Positions 54,401 to 64,000 of a stretch of DNA of 64,000 bases are shown here, in pieces. The stretch is from Bugula neritina (Eukaryota; Animalia; Bryozoa), in contig OZ037772.1 of NCBI GenBank assembly GCA_964035545.1, positions 5,522,233-5,586,232 of the forward strand. The letters are read 5' to 3'. Position 1 is the first letter of the stretch, and each line of letters opens with the position of its first letter. Made by a program: the position numbers and the translations under genes. The notes beneath the pieces were generated by a model, which saw nothing but the letters and a program-made list of their open reading frames with translations, was not told where the DNA came from and did no database searches.

Positions 54401-55893
54401 ACCTTCATTCAGTGGAATGGGTAGCTCCGTGCCGTCTTCTGCCATGACTGCTATACGCAAGATCCCGCCGCTGCCACCACTGTAGTAATTTGTGCAATTA
54501 CTGAGCGTGAGTTATTTACTTGCGTATAGTTAGCTGGTTATTCTGCTAGCAATTACTAGGGTAGCTGTCGAGTAATTATATTTATTATCCACAATAAAGC
54601 ATAAAACAAACATCACATCAAATTATCCTATACAAGAGTCGGATCAACTACTAACACATGTTACTACTTCAAGCCTCCGCTTACAACAACGTGGTATACT
54701 GTTAATAACCCGGGAAGTGTCACGTGAATCGGAAGCATATCTTCCGGAGCTGCTAATTGGTTGCTACATAAGGGTCTAGGTATTCCAAGAGTAGGGAGAG
54801 GGCGATTCCCGTATTTGTACTTTGCACTACTCACTACAATATTATATTTTTTTGTCATGCATGTCAATATTTTATTACAGAAGTGAAAAGAGATACAGAG
54901 ATTGAACTGACCAAAAAAAGAACTGCAAGGATAACTCCTGAACAAGGACTGGTTGTCTCACCTCCACTACCCAAGTCTATAGAACTGATAAAAGTTGTTG
55001 GAGTTTCTCCATACTGCTATTCTGTTCACACCTATAAAGGTGTCACATATGCTGGGTGTAGAGAAGGTGTAGACAGGATAGATGAGAACAACAAAGTAAC
55101 AGAATCATTCATCTCTATTAAGGGTAGTACTGTGAAGAGTATCTCAGTACATAATGATAGGATATATACTCTGTCTTCTGATTCAAAAGTAAGAGTTCAT
55201 GACCTTGAAGGGAAGACTATCACCAGCTGGACTCATACAGAGACACTTGTGTGGACAAATCAGCTTGCCATCATAAACCATCAGATAGCTATTTCTGACA
55301 GGCTGAATAAAACTCTAGTATTCTATTCTCTGAATGGGGAGGTAGTAAACACTCTACCCTGTCCTCTACTCACTGATACTGCTGTATGTCTGTCTGCTGC
55401 AGATAACAACTCAATTATTATATCTCAGCTTCACTCATCTCTAGTATACAAAGTAGACACCTCATCAGGTGACATCATCTGGCAGTGTAAGGAAGTGGCT
55501 AGACCTCGTAGAGTGACCTGCTATAGAGATGAGTTTGTACTTGTGGCTGATGATGCTGTACCTTCCTCACTCTGTATACTATCATTACATACAGGTTAGT
55601 TACTGTGTAGAATACACATAGTCTACAATATACCTGCATTGTTATTTGAGAAAATTAGTTCATTCATATAATTTACATATTTCCTACAAATAAACTGCAC
55701 TCTCTTTATATTATCTTTGATTCCTATAGAGTATAGAGGAACATTAATTATGTCCTTTATCTCAACAGGCAAGTTACTAACCAGGCTACCTCTTAAGTAC
55801 AGTGACATTTTTGATCTACACCTCACTGGCTCTACTCTAGTAATTCAAGTACGTTTTCCTAATGACCGAGTTCTGTTCTATCAGCTCAAGTGA
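45488..55893 (+). CDS. TRIM-family E3 ligase: RING, B-box1, B-box2, coiled-coil, beta-propeller (NHL-like), ~604 aa, 8 coding exons
   Basis: Exons 45488-45645 (RING CTIC..CTHPHCDKC..CGMC), 45905-46070 (B-box CEVC..YCLVC..YCAKH), 46696-46879 (CETH..GCKVC..LCTQC), 46971-47155, 47342-47512, 48662-48773 (coiled coil), 54881-55594 and 55769-55893 (propeller). All are GT-AG and phase-compatible, 1815 nt with no internal stop. Confidence 0.9.
48020..48270. repeat. Degenerate tandem repeat (ATACTGTATAATAC-like) in TRIM intron 5
   Basis: Recurring ACTATATGATACTGTATAATACTA-type units. Confidence 0.6.
49556..49913 (-). repeat. 3' LTR (358 bp)
   Basis: TGTAGT...ACTACA; matches 54481-54838 except a GA/AG dinucleotide (GTCTGAGTATT vs GTCTAGGTATT). 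Confidence 0.97.
49914..49926 (-). other. Polypurine tract
   Basis: Minus strand reads CTGGGGGGGACGG directly before the 3' LTR. Confidence 0.85.
50207..51264 (-). CDS. LTR-element accessory ORF3: tandem zinc fingers plus C-terminal basic coiled coil; predicted 2 exons, 263 aa
   Basis: Exon 51264-51240 (AAA ATG, MSYYSGSK-G|GTGAGT) joins in frame to TACTCTTTCAG|50973-50207. Motifs CQVC-x12-HVDAH and CPC-x12-H-x3-C, and heptads LANVEERLVRLQAEF..LKDSVGRLKRRLRAR. Confidence 0.72.
51288..53546 (-). CDS. pol: Deleted pol: aspartic protease plus integrase zinc-binding domain, no RT/RNase H/DDE core
   Basis: FLLDSGCTTNLL and AILGMPFL (protease); THEETHGG..RWYWPNM..VRRCKVCQ (H2C2). No YxDD or DDE motifs in the 786-codon open frame. 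Probably entered by -1 frameshift at GTTAAAC (53546-53540). Confidence 0.88.
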   Translation of the reverse strand, partial: VKLPRPADVPTSCGPSVNHPGRPARLSPRWAPRGDAVKWRPPRQVGSSHSPPGSSTPLRHQSGAGRRLTTEPARETVQAPQGVPPQPRQLVNSRRQPWTPRPTAKEVQPRHTQLQPHGSSYFLPGKLAGKPANFLLDSGCTTNLLSRQFFDTLSAKVKDGLAPYEGDHGTLADGSCIPFYGIIELTGYVRNQAIQETFIVGQLNEDAILGMPFLQRHGCRIDFSKSAMIMGDKELACVDKFGRPLAGAVQVVRSCTIPGHSRATVRCKVDGGQTSKLGVVESTHSRVQLARSFSRLTGQGEISVQCVNPFSETVDLLPRSMLGRFHPVQEEAIGPSSGATTEGPQQGPSRGRRTVPTHASPPPGRRGCTGNGKRQAVARLPHGYSEAFSHTDHGARLNRAGCREVPRAARTAPAQLLQQRADTPPEAVQSLRAKPVWAGNVRELPKLQECLPGVVADVYRAKQEGRRPSNTQRQRGCAELRLYCQRWSSLRVGPDGLLTMTLAANSRQPARKRVVCPVAIRRKLIQDTHEETHGGVQGVVTKLQLRWYWPNMERDIRRRVRRCKVCQTNKHSRLPGEAGRQTHCARKSRQAETVNLVGNTSMTHQEDLARRERPLPSLKVRPPPPTSSLPSSPLPEPETGPEVQKPPVGGAPQGDTNKGSGPHTRQLPACLRDCVRDRGISGSNKSLERPRMGKQAKSCGSCDHHENLNFCLGGISHEIHPLEVKSPSHVSQPRCSVFSYVDAVESRRASKQ
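53495..54445 (-). CDS. gag: Gag (capsid plus CCHC nucleocapsid) with an in-frame TAG at 53749-53747
   Basis: RLKAPTFTGEEAVEQFIQEF..ALTGKA..LRARFG capsid-like region. The knuckle CWECGRPGHFQRNC lies in the same frame after one TAG. Confidence 0.85.
54462..54479 (-). other. Primer-binding site, tRNA-Leu type
   Basis: TGGTGGCAGCGGCGGGAT one base after the 5' LTR. Complementary, with one mismatch, to the usual metazoan tRNA-Leu(AAG/TAG) 3' end ATCCCACCGCTGCCACCA. Confidence 0.85.
54481..54838 (-). repeat. 5' LTR (358 bp)
   Basis: 356/358 identical to 49556-49913 by direct comparison. Confidence 0.97.
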
Positions 55894-57281
55894 AGGTGAG
55901 CTGATAGACTGGGATACTCTAATAAAGGTCAGTAAATGTTGTTGTGAGAGGTACTGAGTGCCTTTCTAATTCATATTTTTAATGCTGCTTTGTATTGAGT
56001 AGTTTTACATCGCATTTTGTTATATAATATTTTGTGTTGTATTGCATTTTATTGCATAGAAATATTATGAATTTTTTTATATTATTATAATAATAATATT
56101 GTTATAATTTTTGCAATTAAATTAGGTGTGAGAATTTGTATATGTTATAGTTATCCACGTTGCATGGTTAGATACCAGATGGAGAATCGAGATAGTAGAT
56201 TTATTTACTACATAAACATAAAATACTCTTTTCATATCAGCATCACGCTCTGACTGAGCACACTAATGTTACAATCTGGAACCTAGTTACAATAGGGGAA
56301 AAGTCACGTGTCCGATTACTAATTGGCTAGTGAGCACATGGTCCTACGCTTCACTGCCCACTACAATCTTGTCAGTTAACTATATAGTAGTGTGCACATT
56401 GTTACCAGTTATCTCCCCTGATTAGTTATCAATCAATAGTTAAATTATAAAGCAACTGTTTACAATGCATACGATGTATACTAATGTCTCATAGCATTAT
56501 ATTATTATAACATGGCAGATATTGTATATACTAGACATCCCTGTTATGCTTTGTAGAACACAACATGTTGAGTCATACATAAGGAGTTACCTTCCCAGTA
56601 CATCTCCGCTTTAATGAGTCAACTAAGTCAGTTCACTTCACTATAGACGCCTGCATGTTTAACTTCTTACTTTACAGTGGACTACTAAACAGGCTATAAC
56701 CACGTGATCCGTCAAAAATTGTACAAGCAGTATTTTTAATTCATTATTATCACTCAAGTTCTTTTATTGGTGTATTATATACCGGAAAATCCAGGTTATT
56801 GTGTGTTATATCAATTATACACGATATGTTTCTATAATTAATCTGTAAACTTTATAGGCTATAAAAGTTTTCACTGGTGGTGGCTACATGTATATTATGT
56901 ACTTTAAATTTGCAAAATTTTCTTTAAATTTCCTAATATTTTTTATCCTGACTATAAACTTTTGTTCTTTGCAATTATCCAGCCAAATTAATTGTCTCTA
57001 TGTTTGCTGTTTTAGAAATTACTAATGCATCAGATTTCCTTATTAATACGAACAGATTGCTGTGTTGGAGATTGAGATGTGACATGCTGTGAAGCTGTTT
57101 TCAATTATTGTATGGAATTATTATCAGTATAACAAGAAATAGCTCATTATTCCTTTACAATAAGCAGTTCCTTTGATAAAAATAAAATTGCCTTTTATAA
57201 TTAGCAATTGATTCTTTGTCTAATAAAGAGAAATCCAAAATTGTATCTAGTTTTACTTTGAATACTCTGTAACCATTTTAT

Positions 57282-57590
57282 TGTTGTAATTTCCAGTGTT
57301 TGGGTTGATGTGCAATCAAGAGAGTCTATTTAGTGCGAGAGAATTCCACCAAGATAAGCCGAGTTAATAAGAGTATTATTATTTTGAGTATAAGATACAT
57401 AATAAAAACGGTACAGAGTATTCGGAAATCTACACGTCTATTTAATCTATTACACTATTCACAACTGACAAGTAGCGCGAAGCTAACTACTGCTACTAAC
57501 TAGCAGCCTCGCTGATTGGCTAAGTACATTGTTCCGGGTCAATGCGCGACCCCGCGTATCGTGCTGTTGGTAGCTCCACGAGCCACCACA
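57282..57590. mobile_element. Solo LTR (309 bp) of a different family
   Basis: TGTTGT...ACCACA termini, 4-bp TSD TTAT (57278-57281, 57591-57594), AATAAA inside. Absent from the paralogous flank at ~20150. Confidence 0.72.
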
Positions 57591-57689
57591 TTATTATCAC
57601 CTTCTAGAAAACATCACACATCTATTAGACATGTTACAAATAGGAATTGGTCAGTAGTTTATAAACAATCAATTTTCATTTAGTATTTA

Positions 57690-58030
57690 AGGGTCATTTT
57701 CTTAATTTAGTACACACTGAAAATCTCAAGTTTTTAGTTATTTTTCACAAATTAGCCGCTAATGAATAAGGGCTTTTGCCCAAAACTAGTAAAATATCAA
57801 TAAATACACTTAAATAATCAAGGTCCTTCCTAATTTTGCTTGATTCCCCATGTTTTTTTCTAGTTCTTCAGCTACTTTTGATTTCGGAGAGTTATGGTTT
57901 TTTTCATAACACTCTGCAATCAAAAGTAGCTGAATAATTAGGAAAGGACATGAGAAATTAAGCAAAATTAAAAAAAACTTTAATTATTTAGGTGTATTTA
58001 TTGAAATTTTACTAGATTTGGGAAAAATCC
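57690..58030. mobile_element. Second, one-end-truncated copy of the palindromic MITE at 27650-28046
   Basis: GGGTCATTTTCTTAATTTAGTACACACTGAAAATCTCAAGTTTTT and shared internal arms; cut by the following microsatellite. Confidence 0.7.
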
Positions 58031-58032
58031 TT

Positions 58033-58195
58033 TGTAGTGTAGTGCCGTGTAGTGTAGTGCCGTGTAGTGTAGTGTCGTGTAGTGCAGTTTAGTGCAGTGC
58101 AGTGTAGCGCAGTGCAGTGCAGTGCAGTGCAGCGCAGTGCAGCGCAGTGCAGCGCAGTGTAGTGTAGTGCAGTGCAGTGTAGCGTAGCGTATAGT
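58033..58195. repeat. Pentanucleotide microsatellite (GTAGT/GCAGT/GCAGC)n
   Basis: About 32 imperfect 5-bp units. Confidence 0.95.
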
Positions 58196-59416
58196 GGACA
58201 TATATATTATGTCAGATAATTTATGCTGTGCAGCTTATACTTTGCTTTCAGTCTATATTATTTCAATCAAGAACAAATCTAAGACGTAGATTATGGGGTA
58301 TATGTAATATGTAGTTTTACTATTAGTCTTTCTGTACGTCAAAGTCTGATTAATTTAAATTAGCTTATGTTGTTCACTGTATAATCATTATTGTAGCTTT
58401 CATGTACTATTTTTAGGCATGCTAGAGGAATTCTCTTCTCTAGAAACTATCCCTGGTTAGATCATAGACTGAACCTGTTCCTTCACTATAGAATTACTGC
58501 TCATTTTAGTTTCTTATTCACCAGTTGACTTGGAACTTGGACTATAATTTACATGCTTCTAACAGAATATTGTGCAGTCTCTCATTACTTACATAAAATT
58601 TTCTTAATTTTTCATTTCTAGCACATTGCATATGATACAGATGTTTGGTCTATTTTTTGTAAACTATGCATTTCCAATTTGAATATATTGTATTTTTTAT
58701 GCATATCCATAATTTTGTTAATTTACACAATTTAGTTACACATATATTTATGAATTTTGTATAATAATGTTTCTTTTTGAATTGAGATTGGAAATCTCAG
58801 GGGGTGCATGACATCCTTCATTAATTAAACTTGAGCTACAAATTCATGTATTTTATCAACTTTCTCTGGTTGCTGATAAACAATACACCAATTATTAAAC
58901 TTATCATAAACTTGCACTTTAGTATAATTCTTAAACTATTATAGCTATAGCTATTATTATTATTTTGATCTAAGATTCTAATGTGTTTATTGATCTATGA
59001 TCATTACAGAGAATGCTCCTCAAAGGGTATGATCATTAATGAACTATAGTTACAATTTACAACTATAAGAAGTTTTAGTTTATTAGGATAATCTTACATC
59101 ACACCGGAGCTAGTGCACTATTTGACTCGCCTCTGCGCAAATAAGAAGGAGTTATGCTCTACCTAAATCCGTGTATTACATAACACAGAACCATTTGCGT
59201 CTCTGAACACATCGGCTATTTATTTATATACTGGTAATAAAAACGACCCTGATGTACGCTAAATAGCCTGAAGTTGCCTCTAAATATTTACCTGAGCTAG
59301 TTTCACAATTCGTAGGGGTGGAGCATTGAACTAAAATTATAGTTTCAGTTCAGTGGGGTGGAGTATTTATCAAGCGAAGGCTACTACAGCTGATCAAATT
59401 CGTACATTTAACAAAG

Positions 59417-62376
<2,960 letters not shown>

Positions 62377-62392
62377 GTAAGTGCTATGATAG

Positions 62393-63339
62393 AGTATTTA
62401 CTAAGTAAGTACAGTGGTATAGTATTTACTAAGTAAGTACAGTGGTATAGTATTTACTAAGTAAGTACAGTGGTATAGTATTTACTAAGTAAGTACAGTG
62501 GTATAGTATTTACTAAGTAAGTACAGTAGTACACTGTATTCGGTGTTTATCATCCCACCTATTATGTCGATTTTTGTTTCTGTTACATGCTTGTGAAATG
62601 AGTATTTACTAAGTAAGTACAGTGGTATAGTATTTACTAAGTAAGTACAGTGGTATAGTATTTACTAAGTACAGTGGTATAATATTTACTATGTAAGTAC
62701 AGTGGTATAGTATTTACTAAGTAAGTACAGTGGTATAGTATTTACTAAGTAAGTACAGTTGTATAGTATATACTAAGTAAGTGCAGTGGTATAGTATTTA
62801 CTAAGTAAGTACAGTGGTATAGTATTTACTAAGTAAGTACAATGGCATAGTATTTACTAAGTAAGTACAGTGGTATAGTATTTACTAAGTAAGTACAATG
62901 GCATAGTATTAACTAAGTAAGTACAGTGGTATAGTGTTTACTAAGTAAGTACAGTTGTATAGTATATACTAAGTAAGTACAGTGGTATAGTATTTACTAA
63001 GTAAGTACAGTGGTATAGTATTTACTAAGTAAGTACAATGGCATAGTATTTACTAAGTAAATACAGTGGTATAGTATTTACTAAGTAAGTATAGTGGTAT
63101 AGTATTTACTAAGTAAGTACAGTGGTATAGTACTTACTAAGTAAGTACAGTGGTATAGTATTTACTAAGTAAGTACAGTGGTATAGTATTTACTAAGTAA
63201 GTACAGTGATATAGTATATACTAAGTAAGTACAGTGGTATAGTATTTACTAAGTAAGTACGGTGGTAAACTGTATTCGGTGTTTATCATCCCACCTATTA
63301 TGTCAATTTTTGTTTCTGTTACATGCTTGTGAAATGAGT
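62393..63339. repeat. 28-bp minisatellite AGTATTTACTAAGTAAGTACAGTGGTAT in two blocks
   Basis: About 5 units (62393-62530) and about 24 units (62601-63267), each followed by the same ~70-bp tail ACTGTATTCGGTGTTTATCATCCCACC...GAAATGAGT. Confidence 0.95.
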
Positions 63340-63369
63340 GTTTTTATCACTCGGCTGTATTATTACTAG

Positions 63370-64000
63370 AATCACAGCAATACTCTGGTGTTCTGTATTC
63401 AATTAGATGATCTCTCAGGGAAACATCTGTTATGTCACCTGTATGACTACGATCAGTTTGTGAAGACGGAGAAGGTTGGAGTTGTCCAACTGCGTTTAAA
63501 TAGTCTACCACATGATGAGTCATTATACGTAGAGAAACACATTGACAGATGTCTACCTGAGTCACATGACCATGAAGAGGTGAATATGTTTCATTATTTA
63601 AGAATCACAGTACACAGTGAATACAGTATTCTAAATAAAATAAAACTACATATAATTATACATATAACATTTGATATTATAGTATTTACATTATGCATTT
63701 GTAATGCACCTGTGTGTGTTGCATTCATCATAAATTAATACGATTCTATGTAGCTATATGAAATGTGTTTATAATGTATGCAAAAGAAACATAAATAGAT
63801 AATAAATGCTGCGAGCTGCAGAGTATGCATGTGTACAGGACTTTATCTATTTATTTATAGTATTATATATGTTTCACAAATTATCCTTTAGAATTATGTC
63901 GGAGAGCTGCTGTTTTCCGTGAAGAGCACAAAGGCTAAAGATAATCTTACGCTCACCTTTTTCTTTGCTAAAGCAAAAGATTTACACATAGAAGACGAAA
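63370..64000 (+). CDS. Synaptotagmin-like tandem C2-domain exons (end of C2A, start of C2B), partial
   Basis: Exon 63370/63378-63579 reads NTLVFCIQLDDLSGKHLLCHLYDYDQFVKTEKVGVVQLRL..|GT. Exon 63892-64000 reads NYVGELLFSVKSTKAKDNLTLTFFFAKAKDL. Both fit the C2 signatures (YDYD..E.VG; GELLFSL..LT....A.DL) and are phase 0 compatible. Confidence 0.7.

Larger units (their letters stand above)
49556..54838 (-). mobile_element. Ty3/Gypsy-like LTR retrotransposon, non-autonomous (RT, RNase H and integrase core absent), recent insertion
   Basis: Two 358-bp TG..CA LTRs, 4-bp TSD ATAT (49552-49555, 54839-54842), PBS, PPT, gag, protease, integrase H2C2 and an extra ORF. GC content is clearly above the host. 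Confidence 0.96.

Noticed and set aside
50119-54485. Many plus-strand and alternative-frame ORFs inside the LTR element
   Set aside because: Expected shadow ORFs of GC-rich coding sequence; no motifs.
56143-56365. Defined solo LTR (TGTTAT...ACTACA)
   Set aside because: No matching TSD for any start tried; mentioned only as an LTR-like insert.
57998-58201. LHCTT/LHYTA-repeat ORF
   Set aside because: Translation of a pentanucleotide microsatellite.
62393-63339. CRISPR-like array (28-bp repeats)
   Set aside because: Units are head-to-tail with no unique spacers, there are no cas genes, and the context is a eukaryotic intron; this is a minisatellite.

Overview
AT-rich, intron-rich metazoan (invertebrate-like) genomic DNA; the species cannot be determined from the sequence. 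The window has four layers. (1) A recent tandem segmental duplication (1-17470 is about 30439-43269). Each copy carries a decayed R4/Dong-type non-LTR retrotransposon and about 5 kb of cryptic simple sequence. Copy 1 alone holds a 4.86 kb ISL2EU (PIF/Harbinger-like) transposon whose 5' end has been replaced by an inverted copy of its 3' end, with a piggyBac-type MITE nested inside. (2) A TRIM (RING/B-box/B-box/coiled-coil/beta-propeller) gene cluster: one complete 8-exon gene (45488-55893, about 604 aa) with a consensus ISRE upstream, an orphan but intact propeller exon pair (17969-18975) and a third decayed relic. (3) A very young Ty3/Gypsy-like LTR element (49556-54838, minus strand) in TRIM intron 6. 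It has gag, protease and the integrase zinc finger but lacks RT, RNase H and the integrase core. It also carries a downstream zinc-finger/coiled-coil accessory ORF that appears to have its own start exon and a GT-AG intron. (4) PTGES2 exons 1-7 (59417-62376), followed across a 28-bp minisatellite by same-strand synaptotagmin-like C2A/C2B exons. The best candidates for new biology are the RT-less LTR element with a spliced accessory gene, and the diversifying TRIM-propeller cassette system.
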